Positions 50,384-59,954 of a stretch of DNA of 64,000 nucleotides are shown piece after piece. Position 1 is the first letter of the stretch. Each line of letters begins with the position of its first letter. The stretch comes from an uncultured delta proteobacterium. Its GTDB lineage: Bacteria > Myxococcota_A > Polyangia > Polyangiales > B10-G4. The position numbers and the translations under genes are program-made. Location of the stretch: assembly GCA_963727445.1 (NCBI GenBank), contig CAVSGI010000021.1, positions 160,001-224,000 on the forward strand, in the 5' to 3' direction. The notes beneath the pieces are model-generated. The model was not told the origin of the DNA, searched no databases, and saw only the letters and a program-made list of their open reading frames with translations.

Positions 50384-51694
50384 CTACAGCGCCTCGGGCT
50401 GCCCCCAGACCCGCGTCAGCTCGCTGAGCGTGGCGTAGACCACCGGGCCGTGATCGCTCTCGGCGAGGTAGCCGTCGATGTAGTCGAGGGCGCCTTCGAG
50501 GCGGGCGTGATAGCGGTCGAAGCTCGGCGGGTGGTAGCCGATGGAGTACTGCCGCGGCGCTTCGAGTGCGCTTCCGTCGAAGTTCGCGTGGAACATCTCG
50601 ATCATCTGGTCGGTGGTGACGTAGTCGCTGAGGATGCCGTTGTCGGGGACCTCGAGGATGCCGAGATGCGGCGCGGCGTCGGCCAGGATGTCGAAGGTCG
50701 ATGGGTAGTAGGGCTGGCTCGTCTCGTCGATCGTCGCCCAGTGCTCCATGTTCCACTCGAAGAGGTCCGCGCCGGGATAGCCCGCCCACTCGGCCTCGAG
50801 GGGACGCCAGTTGTTGGCGCTCGTGTCGGCGACGAAGCCGGCGCTCTCGAGCGCGCGGAGCGTGTGGAGCTCGAGGGACCAGCCACCTGCGCGAAACGAG
50901 GTCGGCGCGTCGAGCCCATGGTCGACGAAGAGCGCGACGGCATGCTCGAGGATCGTCGTGTACTCCTCTTCGCTGTACGCGCTCGAGCGCACGGTGTAGC
51001 CGTCGCCGCGCCAGCTGTCGGCGTAGGCGGGCTCGGTCCGGCAGGTGACGCCCGCGTCCTCGACGAAGTGACAGTAGGGATGGATGTGCAGACCGATCTC
51101 GTCGCCGTCCGCTTCCCGGTGGCCCTGGAGCCATTTGACGAGCCAATCGGCACGCTCGGGGGAGACGGCCGGGTCGGTGAAGGTGTAGGGGCCGAGGAAG
51201 TGCGTGACGCGAAGCTCGGGGTGCGCCTCGTAGAGCTGGTCCTGAAGCGCCATCTGCTGCTCGGTGTTGTCCGCCGTGTCCCAATCGGCCGACACCACGA
51301 GGTAGAGCGGATAGCTCACCTGGAAGTCGTGACTGGAGATCACCACGTCTCCGCTTCGGATCTCGAGGGTGTGCGCGCCGGGCTCGAGCGATGACGGCCA
51401 GAGCTGGAAGGCCGGGGCGCCTCCTTCGTCGCCGCTCTGGTCGAGGCTCGCGGTCCACGCGCCGTCGACGAAGAGCTCGGCGGCGGCTGTCGCGGGTGCA
51501 CGCACCATGAGGGGCCGCTCTTCGGTGAGCCCGTCGCCGCGGAGAAGCCAATGACGAAGTGAGGTCCCGTCCTCATCGCCCTCGTCGGCCTTGCCGCCCG
51601 TGCCGCTCGCGCCGGCTTCGTCGGGCAGGCGGGCAGCGCAGCCGGCGAGCAGAAGAAGGAGGAAAGGAAGAAGACGTCGATCGTTCGAGCCCAT
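50384..51694 (-). CDS. Lipoprotein with polysaccharide deacetylase-like (NodB/CE4-like) domain
   Basis: Lipobox LAGC, GGKAD motif, VSADWD, EIGLHIHP, SFRAGGW, GYHP. Confidence 0.65.
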   Translation of the reverse strand: MGSNDRRLLPFLLLLLAGCAARLPDEAGASGTGGKADEGDEDGTSLRHWLLRGDGLTEERPLMVRAPATAAAELFVDGAWTASLDQSGDEGGAPAFQLWPSSLEPGAHTLEIRSGDVVISSHDFQVSYPLYLVVSADWDTADNTEQQMALQDQLYEAHPELRVTHFLGPYTFTDPAVSPERADWLVKWLQGHREADGDEIGLHIHPYCHFVEDAGVTCRTEPAYADSWRGDGYTVRSSAYSEEEYTTILEHAVALFVDHGLDAPTSFRAGGWSLELHTLRALESAGFVADTSANNWRPLEAEWAGYPGADLFEWNMEHWATIDETSQPYYPSTFDILADAAPHLGILEVPDNGILSDYVTTDQMIEMFHANFDGSALEAPRQYSIGYHPPSFDRYHARLEGALDYIDGYLAESDHGPVVYATLSELTRVWGQPEAL

Positions 51695-51910
51695 GCGCTG
51701 GCCGAGCAGCAAGCGTTCGGCCAACCCGTTTTCGTTCGTGATCTCGACTCAGCTGGTGGAGGGGCCGGTTGAAGGAGAACCTCCAGTGGCCACCCCCGAG
51801 CGCACTTAATGCCCACGAAGGGAGCCCCGATGGGCTTCAGGGGTTCGCAAGGAGTCGATCCGTCAGACCTCCCGAACCCGGCAGGAACCGGAAAAAAGGA
51901 GAAAGACGAA

Positions 51911-52396
51911 ATGGCCTTCATCGACCCCAAGACCCTACTTCTCGCGGCTTCCCTCATCAGCGGTGGTGCCGTCGGCGGCGTGAGCGCGATCGATTCGAAT
52001 GCACGCGAGGGCGTCCAGGAGGCCATGGCCGCGGCGTCCGTCTCTTCCGAGGCGCTGAGCGATGAAGCCGGCGCGGACGCCGACGACGCGGGGGACGACG
52101 CGCTGGAGGCTCGACCCGGCCGCCGCGCGCGCGGCGCCACGAGCCGTGGCGCAGAGCAGCGAAGCGAGCATGCGACCGAGGCCCACGCCCGCGCCCACGC
52201 CCGCTCGCCTCTCACAAACGCAGGCGCCGAGCACCGCAGCGCCCGCGCGACCGCGGCCCTCGGGCGCGCCGTCGAACGAAAGGGCGGTGAGCGGGGTCGT
52301 GGCGAGCGGGACCGCGAGGCGCGTTCGAATGCGCGTGGGCCGCGCGTCGAGCGCGGCGCGAGTCACGCGGAGGACGGCCACGGCATGAATCGCTGA
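51911..52396 (+). CDS. Hypothetical secreted low-complexity protein
   Basis: AAGGAG RBS, hydrophobic N-terminus, Ala/Arg/Glu-rich body. Confidence 0.5.
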   Translation: MAFIDPKTLLLAASLISGGAVGGVSAIDSNAREGVQEAMAAASVSSEALSDEAGADADDAGDDALEARPGRRARGATSRGAEQRSEHATEAHARAHARSPLTNAGAEHRSARATAALGRAVERKGGERGRGERDREARSNARGPRVERGASHAEDGHGMNR

Positions 52397-52510
52397 ATCC
52401 GTCAGCCTTCATCCCCCACACCTCGGTCGAGCCGAGCCAGCCTTCGTGGTTGGTTCGGCTCGTGCGTCGTTGCGGGGAAGATTGTCGCGAGCCGTTTCGT
52501 ACCAGGGGCC

Positions 52511-52714
52511 GTGAACGACCGCCGCGTCACGATCATCCTCGCGTGCTTCGGCAGTGCCGGAGCCGTGGCGAGCCTCTTTGCACCGCTGCCGGAGGCGCTC
52601 AAGCTCGTCGCCTTCGTCATCCTCAGCGGCCTCTCGGGCACGCTCCTGATGGTCGCGGCCTCGCCCAAGCCGACGATGCGCAGTACGAGCGGCACCTGGC
52701 GCTTGCCGGACTGA
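52511..52714 (+). CDS. Small two-TM hypothetical protein
   Basis: Two hydrophobic helices; GC-rich third positions. Confidence 0.4.
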   Translation: MNDRRVTIILACFGSAGAVASLFAPLPEALKLVAFVILSGLSGTLLMVAASPKPTMRSTSGTWRLPD

Positions 52715-52860
52715 GCGGCACGCTTTCGAGGGGTCCTGTCAAGGACTTTCCGTCCAGTCTTCGAAGATTGGGCCACCTGGCTCAATCTTCGGCAGCCCAG
52801 AAGCGCGGCCCCACTTCTGCGTCATTCTGAGGGCGGGAGGGAGCGCCCTCCCGTACTGAA

Positions 52861-53229
52861 GTGAGGTCCCCCGTGTGGCGCTCGGTTCGTGATCCCAGCA
52901 CTGTCGATACATATCTCGAGGAAAACGGTCGTGTCGGCGCCTCCGCACAGCTGGCGGAGCTCCTGCGCTGGCTCCGCTCGAACGCGGGTGAGCGCGAGCT
53001 CTACGCCTTCACCACCCTGGGCAAGCTGAATTTCACGACCTCCTCCAACTACATGGAGGGCCACGACCATCCCCACGTGGCGGTGCTCCGGCGCGGCTCC
53101 GAGTACTCGGTGGCCTATTTTCGTCCCGGCGATCAGGTGCCCTCGGCCACCATCAACGACGTCGCCGAAGACGAGCTGATCGACACCGTGCAGCGGTTCT
53201 TGCTGCGCCTGCTGCGCGACACCCCCTAG
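52861..53229 (+). CDS. Hypothetical protein
   Basis: Globular-looking composition and coding-like codon use; start uncertain. Confidence 0.55.
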   Translation: MRSPVWRSVRDPSTVDTYLEENGRVGASAQLAELLRWLRSNAGERELYAFTTLGKLNFTTSSNYMEGHDHPHVAVLRRGSEYSVAYFRPGDQVPSATINDVAEDELIDTVQRFLLRLLRDTP

Positions 53230-53910
53230 CTAGCTCGGGCGGTCGATGGGCGTGCCCAGCTCCTGGGCGAGCTGGTCGAGGAACGCCCGCAGGAACGCCG
53301 TCCGACGCGCGGCTTCGGCGCGCCCCGCTTCGGTCTGCATCGTCTCCGTGAGGCGGAGGAGCTTCTCGAAGAAGTGGTCGACGGTGTAGGCGCGATCGTC
53401 GAGGGCGCGTGAGGCGGCCCAGGGATCGTCGGCGTGGAAGTAGCGCGCCCCCATGCGGGTGCCACAGGAGACGGTGCGCAAGACGCCGAGGGCACCGAGG
53501 GCCTCGAGCCGATCGGCGTCCTGAAGCGCCTTGCCGAGGGCGCTCCCGGGGACGGCCCCGCGGCTGTAGCTGTGGTCGCGGATCGCGTCGCAGATCTCGT
53601 CGATGGCGACGGGATCGAAGCCGTGGTGGGGTAGGAGCTCGTGCGCCCGTCCCGCCGACAGGACGGAAGCCTCGCGCCGATGGGGCGAGTCCTTGGGAAG
53701 GTTCACCACGTCGTGAAGCAGCGCGGCCGCTACCGCGCTCCTCGGGGAGACCTCGCGTCCGCCGAGGCGCACGGTCCACATCGCGACGCGCTCTGCGTGA
53801 GCGAGGTCATGACCGGGATCGTCGTCGAGCATGGCGGCGACCTCGTCGTGGAGCGCGCCGAGCTGGCCTTCGCCCCGGATGAACGCGTGGAGCTCTTGGC
53901 GGTCCTTCAT
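53230..53910 (-). CDS. HD-domain phosphohydrolase (YedJ-like)
   Basis: GHDLAHAERV, AALLHD, HSYS, LQDADRLEALGA, HFFEKLL. Confidence 0.9.
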   Translation of the reverse strand: MKDRQELHAFIRGEGQLGALHDEVAAMLDDDPGHDLAHAERVAMWTVRLGGREVSPRSAVAAALLHDVVNLPKDSPHRREASVLSAGRAHELLPHHGFDPVAIDEICDAIRDHSYSRGAVPGSALGKALQDADRLEALGALGVLRTVSCGTRMGARYFHADDPWAASRALDDRAYTVDHFFEKLLRLTETMQTEAGRAEAARRTAFLRAFLDQLAQELGTPIDRPS

Positions 53911-53927
53911 GCCGGCGTTGTAGTGCG

Positions 53928-54629
53928 TCAGGGGGAGATGTCGACCCCGAAGCGCAGACCGGCGCCGATGGTGACGTCGCGCGCCAGTACCGCGTGACCG
54001 ACCGCGAAATGCTCGCGCGCGTCGAGGCGGAGCCCGACGAAGGCTGCGCCGTAGTGCGCGGTGAGGTCGACCGTGAGATAGCCGCCTACGCCGAAGTGGT
54101 CGAAGGCGTCCGCGGCGACCGCCCGGGCGTTCCACATGTCGTCCCGCGGTCCACGGCCGCTGCCGGCATCGGCGTAGAGGCCGGTCACGCCGAGGGCACC
54201 CGAGAGATGGATGCGCCGCCGCTCGCCTCGCATGCACGGGAACTCGGTGCGAAAGACGTAGCCGACGTCGAGGTGGCCCGTGTAGAAGCCTGCGCCGTCC
54301 GCGCCGAAGAATTCACCGCCCGAGTAGGCGGCGCGCATGTCGAGGCCGTGACGGAAATAGTCGCCGTAGCCGAAGCGAAAGAGGAAGCGTGTGCCGATCG
54401 CGGCGAGGGCGCCCCCGCCGTGATCGTAGCCGTAGCCTAGCAGTGGTGCTCCCACGCCCGTGGTGCCCCGATCCATCACGCCGAGCTCCGCCCAGAGCTC
54501 GACGTCCGCGAGGGCCGGCGGCTGGTTCGGCGCCACCATCGGGTATTCCTCGGCGCGCGCCCCGGCGCTGGCGCCCGTGACCACCACGAAGAGGAGCAGC
54601 GCCGCGAGCGCCTGCACACGTCCAAGCAT
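53928..54629 (-). CDS. Secreted protein, probable outer-membrane beta-barrel
   Basis: Signal peptide; Gly/aromatic-rich alternating strands; ends GLRFGVDISP. Confidence 0.5.
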   Translation of the reverse strand: MLGRVQALAALLLFVVVTGASAGARAEEYPMVAPNQPPALADVELWAELGVMDRGTTGVGAPLLGYGYDHGGGALAAIGTRFLFRFGYGDYFRHGLDMRAAYSGGEFFGADGAGFYTGHLDVGYVFRTEFPCMRGERRRIHLSGALGVTGLYADAGSGRGPRDDMWNARAVAADAFDHFGVGGYLTVDLTAHYGAAFVGLRLDAREHFAVGHAVLARDVTIGAGLRFGVDISP

Positions 54630-54768
54630 CGATCCGACCTCCATCGAGCCGCGTCGGCCCAAGCCGCCGCGCGCCCAACGTCCGGTACGGCGCCGTCCGC
54701 GCCGTATTTAGATCTTTTTCGCGGTCCTGCCGGAGCCTGGTGAATGCCGCGCTCGCCTCGAGCAACCC

Positions 54769-55539
54769 ATGGGGCTCGTGCACTGGGCAAAACGACTGTT
54801 GGCGGTCCTCGTGCTCGCGTGCGCGGCGTCGATCCAGGGCAGCACACCGGCCCAGGCTTTCGTGCTGAAGCGTGCGGACAGCGGGGCGACCGTTCGGTGG
54901 GAGGAAGGCACGGTCTGGATGCGCGTCGCGTCCGGCGCGGCCTGTGGCCCGTCGCCCGCCGAGATCGCTTCAGCCCTCGAGATCGCCGTGGAGGCGTGGC
55001 GCATCGACCTCCTGGTGCCGGACGTCGTGATCGAAGACGGTGAGCCGCCGCCACAATATGGGTACCAGCCGTCGTTCGCCGGGGAGGGCAACGGCGTGTA
55101 CGTGCTCTGCGATGCGTGGCCTTTCGACGAGACGCTCGCCGTGACGGTGGCCACCTACGCGCCCGACGGGCGCATGCTCGACGCGGACATCGTGATCAAC
55201 GGTCGACAGATGCTCGCGCTCCTCCCGGAGGGCGGCGCGCCGGTCAACGACCACGATCTCGCGTCCGTGCTCACACACGAGATGGGGCATGTGTTGGGGC
55301 TCGACGAGAGCGATCAGCCGAACGCGACCATGTGGCCGACCACGGCGCCGGGGGACACCAGCCAGCGCACCTTGAGCGCAGACGACGAGCAGGGCGTCCT
55401 CGCCATCTATGGCGATGGTGCCGCACGCCTCGCGAGCTATGGGTGCGCGGTGTCACGTGCGTCGAGCACCCGCGCCTCGAGCCTTTTCGTCTGGGTGCTC
55501 GTCCTCGCCGGCGCGTGGGCGTGGCGGCGACGCAGATGA
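54769..55539 (+). CDS. Matrixin-like (metzincin) protease with MYXO-CTERM-like tail
   Basis: DADIVIN, THEMGHVLGLDE, Met-turn ATMWP, LSADD..G..IY; tail GCAV + hydrophobic + RRRR. Confidence 0.8.
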   Translation: MGLVHWAKRLLAVLVLACAASIQGSTPAQAFVLKRADSGATVRWEEGTVWMRVASGAACGPSPAEIASALEIAVEAWRIDLLVPDVVIEDGEPPPQYGYQPSFAGEGNGVYVLCDAWPFDETLAVTVATYAPDGRMLDADIVINGRQMLALLPEGGAPVNDHDLASVLTHEMGHVLGLDESDQPNATMWPTTAPGDTSQRTLSADDEQGVLAIYGDGAARLASYGCAVSRASSTRASSLFVWVLVLAGAWAWRRRR

Positions 55540-55548
55540 GCGGCGGGC

Positions 55549-56709
55549 TCAGAGCGCCGTGCGGGTGAGCACGGCGGCGAGGCAGCGGACGGTGCCGCCG
55601 GCCATGAAGATCTCGCGGACGTCGATGGGGTGGACCGTCGCGCCGAGGGAGCGGTAGGTGTCGGCCGCGGCGCGGTCGGTCTCGAGGCCGTAGACCGGCA
55701 TCAGCACGTGCAGTCCGTCTTCGCGCCGGTCGAGCAGGACGTTGTCGTAGCCGACGTAGGCATAGGGGGTCGTGGTCGGGACCATCGGGAGGGCGAGGGT
55801 GGTGAGCCCTCTGCGCCGCAAGTCCTCGGCGACGCGGCGAAAGCGCCGTCGCGTCCCAGGCGTCTCGTCCGCGACGTAGGTGCGCTCGCCGATCTTCACT
55901 CCGCGCGGAGCCGCGCCTTCGGCGCTCCCGAAGAGGAGCTCCGAGCCCAGGAGCGGGTCGGCGTAGGCCACCACCCCGTCGCCGAGGGGCGTCACGTACA
56001 TGCCGACGTGATGGTCGGGTGCGGGGTCCTCCGCGTCGCCGAGGCGCAGGACGCGCCGCCCGGTGAGCGTCTCCAGCTCGTGCGCCAACACCGCCGGGTC
56101 GCGCGATGCATTTCGCGCTTCGAGAGGCGTCGCGTAGTAGACGAAGGTTTCGTCGGCGATCAGGTCACCCCCGTCGAAGGCGAAAGGGGCGGTGACGATC
56201 CGCGCGTCGGCGCCGAGCGCGCGGCGCAGCACCCAGGGCACGTGCCAGTCGTTCGCCCGTGCGAGCGCGCCGGCGTGGGCGTGGGGTGGAGCCACGAGGA
56301 TCGGCCGAGATGCGTCGTCCTGCAGCACGGCCATCCGATCGCGCGCCCAGTTGCTGATCACGCGGCCGACCTCCGCGTAGCGCACGCGCGGCCCGGGGCG
56401 TGACCATTCGCGCCGTGCCTCCTCGAAGATGCGCGAATCCTCGGGACCGCCCACGACGACCCAGACCATGGTGTCCGGGGTGAGCGCCGCGAAGAGCTGG
56501 CGGTACACCGGCAGAAAGGTCTCGCCGCCCGCCTCGAGATCGAATTGGATGTCGAGCTCCGAGAGGTGGCCCCCACCGGCGGTCACGATCCGGCCGCGGG
56601 GGGGCGGCCGCGGCGGGTCCGCGAGCGCGCTCCGCGCGAGCCGTCCGAGCGGCCAGGCGACGGCGATGGCGAGGACCCAGGTCGCCGCGCTTTCGACAAA
56701 TCGCTTCAC
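55549..56709 (-). CDS. Membrane-anchored amidinotransferase/deiminase-fold (pentein) protein
   Basis: N-terminal TM; WARD, FDGGD, HHVGM, YDNVL, GGTVRC. Confidence 0.65.
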   Translation of the reverse strand: MKRFVESAATWVLAIAVAWPLGRLARSALADPPRPPPRGRIVTAGGGHLSELDIQFDLEAGGETFLPVYRQLFAALTPDTMVWVVVGGPEDSRIFEEARREWSRPGPRVRYAEVGRVISNWARDRMAVLQDDASRPILVAPPHAHAGALARANDWHVPWVLRRALGADARIVTAPFAFDGGDLIADETFVYYATPLEARNASRDPAVLAHELETLTGRRVLRLGDAEDPAPDHHVGMYVTPLGDGVVAYADPLLGSELLFGSAEGAAPRGVKIGERTYVADETPGTRRRFRRVAEDLRRRGLTTLALPMVPTTTPYAYVGYDNVLLDRREDGLHVLMPVYGLETDRAAADTYRSLGATVHPIDVREIFMAGGTVRCLAAVLTRTAL

Positions 56710-57230
56710 GTCGCGGTGGGCGGGACGCGAGGGAGCTCTAGGACGGCGATGGGCTCGCTGTCGTCGGTGGCGCCGCGCCGACGGATCGTGACGCGCACGA
56801 CCCCGGCGGCCTCGAGGATCGGGTTCGGCGTCTCGGAGGGAGGCTGTTCGAGATCGAGCGGGACACGCATCGTCTCTCCCGCGGCGAGGTGGCCGTGCGC
56901 TCGGCGGCGCGCGATCTCCATCGGCGGCACGTACACCCGAGCCATCGGGCTCGTGTTCAGCACCTTGTCGCACCGCACCTCGAAGTCGAAGGTCTTCTCC
57001 TGGTCGGCGCGAAAGGTGAGGATGCCGTCGCCGATCTCCACGTGGAGACCGTCGAGGTCGGCGCTGGTGGGCAGCGCCTGGTCCCATGCGTAGAACGGGG
57101 ATGCGGGGCCCGGGGCGGGGGCCTCGTCGCCGGCTTCGGGGTCGCCTGCGATGGCGAGCCCCTCGGCGCCAGCGGTGAACGCCGCGGCCGAGATCAGGGC
57201 GAGGGCGATGCGAAGTGTGGCTCGAGTCAT
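56706..57230 (-). CDS. Hypothetical secreted protein
   Basis: GGAGGAG RBS, signal peptide; stop overlaps the downstream GTG. Confidence 0.55.
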   Translation of the reverse strand: MTRATLRIALALISAAAFTAGAEGLAIAGDPEAGDEAPAPGPASPFYAWDQALPTSADLDGLHVEIGDGILTFRADQEKTFDFEVRCDKVLNTSPMARVYVPPMEIARRRAHGHLAAGETMRVPLDLEQPPSETPNPILEAAGVVRVTIRRRGATDDSEPIAVLELPRVPPTAT

Positions 57231-57346
57231 GGTCTCCTCCTCCACACGAATCTGCGCTCCGCAGCCGCCTCGCGTTGTAAGAGCCCTGTCAAAACGGGGC
57301 GCGAAGAGGACGGAAGGTTCGCCGCCGCCTCGGCGTAGAAGGCCCC

Positions 57347-58147
57347 ATGAAGTACCGCTCATTCCTCCTCGCGAGCCTGACCCTGCTCGCGCTGACCGCG
57401 TGCCAGGGCCGCGATCGGTCGCGCGCAGGCGCGCGCGACGCCATGACGCTGCCGGCGGAGGATGCCGCGATGATGGGCGACGGCGATCCCTTCACGCCGG
57501 ACGCCGCCACGCCGGACGCCGACGTGCCGGACACCGCGACCGGCGACACCGGCGCGGAGATGCGCGACTCGAGCACGCCGCCCCCCGACACCAGCGTGCC
57601 GCCGGATACGAGCGTTCCCACCTGCTCGCCGTCGGTCGGCGCGCTCGCGATCGTCGAGGTGATGATCGCGTCGCAGAGCGGGACCGATCGCGGCGAGTGG
57701 TTCGAGATCGTCAACATGGCGTCGTGCACCGTCGATCTCTCGGGCCTCGAGATCGGGAGCCCAGCCACGGACTCGACGCCGGTGACGCACACCGTCTCGG
57801 CGGGAACCGTCGCGCCGAGTGCGCACTTCGTCTTCGCTTTGAGCGGCGACCCCGCCGACAACCACGACCTGCCCTTCGACTACGTCTACGGAACCGGGAC
57901 GCGAGACGACGTCTTTCTCGGCAACTCGGGCGACGTGCTCACCATCGCTTACGGAGGCTCCGAGCTCGATCGCATCGAGTGGACGGCAGACGACTTCGTT
58001 CGTGGCATGTCGCTGTCCTTCCCGCGAGGGCTCTCGCCCGCCGACAACGCCGATCTCGCCCTCTGGTGCGACGCCACGAGCGTCTACTCCACCAGCGCAG
58101 GCGTGAGCTTCTACGGCACCCCCGGCGCCGCCAACGACGGCTGCTGA
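57347..58147 (+). CDS. Lamin-tail-domain (LTD) lipoprotein
   Basis: Lipobox LTAC; AIVEVM, GEWFEIVN, VDLSGL, LGNSGD, GTPGAAND. Confidence 0.8.
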   Translation: MKYRSFLLASLTLLALTACQGRDRSRAGARDAMTLPAEDAAMMGDGDPFTPDAATPDADVPDTATGDTGAEMRDSSTPPPDTSVPPDTSVPTCSPSVGALAIVEVMIASQSGTDRGEWFEIVNMASCTVDLSGLEIGSPATDSTPVTHTVSAGTVAPSAHFVFALSGDPADNHDLPFDYVYGTGTRDDVFLGNSGDVLTIAYGGSELDRIEWTADDFVRGMSLSFPRGLSPADNADLALWCDATSVYSTSAGVSFYGTPGAANDGC

Positions 58148-58236
58148 GGGTGGACCCAGGTGCGCCCAGAGCGCACACCCCCACGCGTGAACGGGGCGGA
58201 TGTGTGCCACGGTGGGTCAATTAAGAGCGGATTTCC

Positions 58237-58252
58237 TGGCACGCGTCCTGCG
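58237..58252 (+). promoter_or_regulatory. Sigma54-type promoter of the ECF module operon
   Basis: TGGCACGCGTCCTGCG (GG-N10-GC), 14 bp before ATG 58267. Confidence 0.55.
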
Positions 58253-58266
58253 AATGGCCGGCGCGA

Positions 58267-59337
58267 ATGGGAGCTCCCGGCCGCCTCTGCGTTCTTTCCG
58301 TGGTCATCGCGATGTCGATGGTCGCGACCGCGCATGCGCAGGAGGTTCGCTGGGAGGGCGAGTGCAGCGCTGAAGGAGCGGGCCTGCCCGGTGAGGTCGC
58401 TGCGCTCATCGGCCAGCGCGGCGACGGGCTCACGGCGGTCGCATCGGTCACGGAGGAGGGGGCGGGGCTTCATCTCACCCTTCGGCTCCTGCGCGCTGGG
58501 ACGCCGATCGGCGAGCGCGCGCTCGATGCCGCGGATTGCGGCGAGCTGCTGAGCGCGGCGGCGCTGGTGGTGGCGCTCGCCGTCGACCCGGTGGCCTCGG
58601 GGGTCGAGACTTCCTCGGCCGCCCCCGAGATCCGAACCCGTCCTGCCTCCGCGGCCCTCGCCGCTGCCCTCGCGCCGCCGCCGCAGCGTGCGGCCTCGGC
58701 GCCGCGACCCACCCGGAACGCCTCATCGAGCGCTGCGATTCGTCGTGCGCGTGCGCGCTCGGTCGCGCCCGACGCCGCGCCCGCTTCCGAGATCGCCGGC
58801 GAGGAAGAGGACGGCGCGCCCTACCGCCCGGCGCTCTCCCTCGCTGCCGGCTTCGTGCTCGACGCGGGCGCGCTTCCGAACGCCGCGCCGGGCGTCGAGG
58901 CGCGCGTCGGAATCGCCCTCGGTCCGCTCCGCCTCGAGGGTGGCGCCCGCGTCTTCTTCGAGCAACAGAGCGCGCTCGGACAGCACCCCACGGGACGCGG
59001 GCATTTCGGTATGGCCGCCGGGAGTCTCGGCGCCTGCCTGCCACTCGGCCGCGGCATGCTGGTGGTCGGTCCCTGCGTGGGCCTCGAGGTCGGCGCGATC
59101 TGGGCCTCTTCGACCGGCGTCAGCCATCCGGGCTCGGACACCGTGGCCTGGGTGGCGCCCAACGCTTCGGGCCTCTTCGCGCTCGATGTCGCCTCCTGGC
59201 TCCGCCTCCGCCTCGATCTCGGGCTGAGCGTCCCGCTCATCCACACCGAGTTCGTCGTCGACGGGATCGGGCCGGTTCATACCTCTTCTCCCATCACTTT
59301 TCGGGGGGGCCTCGGCGCGGAGGTTCGTTTTCGATGA
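58267..59337 (+). CDS. Secreted protein: small N-domain, Pro/Ala linker, probable C-terminal OM beta-barrel
   Basis: Signal peptide AHA; ERAL..DC..L..AAALVVALAVDP; amphipathic strands ending GLGAEVRFR. Confidence 0.65.
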   Translation: MGAPGRLCVLSVVIAMSMVATAHAQEVRWEGECSAEGAGLPGEVAALIGQRGDGLTAVASVTEEGAGLHLTLRLLRAGTPIGERALDAADCGELLSAAALVVALAVDPVASGVETSSAAPEIRTRPASAALAAALAPPPQRAASAPRPTRNASSSAAIRRARARSVAPDAAPASEIAGEEEDGAPYRPALSLAAGFVLDAGALPNAAPGVEARVGIALGPLRLEGGARVFFEQQSALGQHPTGRGHFGMAAGSLGACLPLGRGMLVVGPCVGLEVGAIWASSTGVSHPGSDTVAWVAPNASGLFALDVASWLRLRLDLGLSVPLIHTEFVVDGIGPVHTSSPITFRGGLGAEVRFR

Positions 59338-59367
59338 CGGATCGCCTGCGCCCTGGCCACCCCGAAG
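59335..59367 (+). promoter_or_regulatory. Candidate ECF-sigma autoregulatory promoter
   Basis: TGACGGATCG-N10-GGCCAC-N3-GAAG, same boxes and spacing as 60969-61001. Confidence 0.65.
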
Positions 59368-59369
59368 AG

Positions 59370-59954
59370 ATGGGCACCTCCCTGGCGGTGGATCTGCAGG
59401 TGCTCGACGCCGATTCCGGGCTTCGAGAGCGCCCCCGTCCGTCCTTCGCGGAGGTCTACGACGAGTACTTCGACTTCGTCTACCGGAGCGTGCGCCGGCT
59501 GGGCGTGGCGGACTCCACGGCGGACGACGCCGTGCAGGACGTCTTCGTGGTGGTGCACCGGCGCCTCGAACAGTTCGAAGGCCGCTCCTCCCTCAAGACC
59601 TGGCTCTTCGGGATCGCGATCCGTGTCGTGAAGGACCACCGGCGCCGCGCGCGCCGAAAGGACCAGCCCACCGAGCCGCTGCGCGAGTCGCTGGTGGACG
59701 CTCACGAGGGATGCCCGCACCAGGCCGCCCAGAAGGCCGAGGCTGTGCGTCTGCTGCACGAGATCCTGGACACCATGGATGACGACAAGCGCGCGATCTT
59801 CGTGCTGGCCGAGCTCGAGCAGATGAGCGCGCCGGAGATCGCCGAAGCGCTCGACGTCAAGCTCAACACCGTCTACTCGCGACTGCGCGCAGCGCGCGCG
59901 ATGTTCGAGATGGGCGTGAAGCGTCACAAGGCGCGCACCGGGAGGGGGGCATGA
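59370..59954 (+). CDS. ECF RNA polymerase sigma factor
   Basis: FAEVYDEYFDFVYR, DDAVQDVF, FEGRSSLKTWLFGIA, IFVLAELE..EIAEAL..NTVYSRLRAAR. Alternative ATG at 59334. Confidence 0.93.
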   Translation: MGTSLAVDLQVLDADSGLRERPRPSFAEVYDEYFDFVYRSVRRLGVADSTADDAVQDVFVVVHRRLEQFEGRSSLKTWLFGIAIRVVKDHRRRARRKDQPTEPLRESLVDAHEGCPHQAAQKAEAVRLLHEILDTMDDDKRAIFVLAELEQMSAPEIAEALDVKLNTVYSRLRAARAMFEMGVKRHKARTGRGA

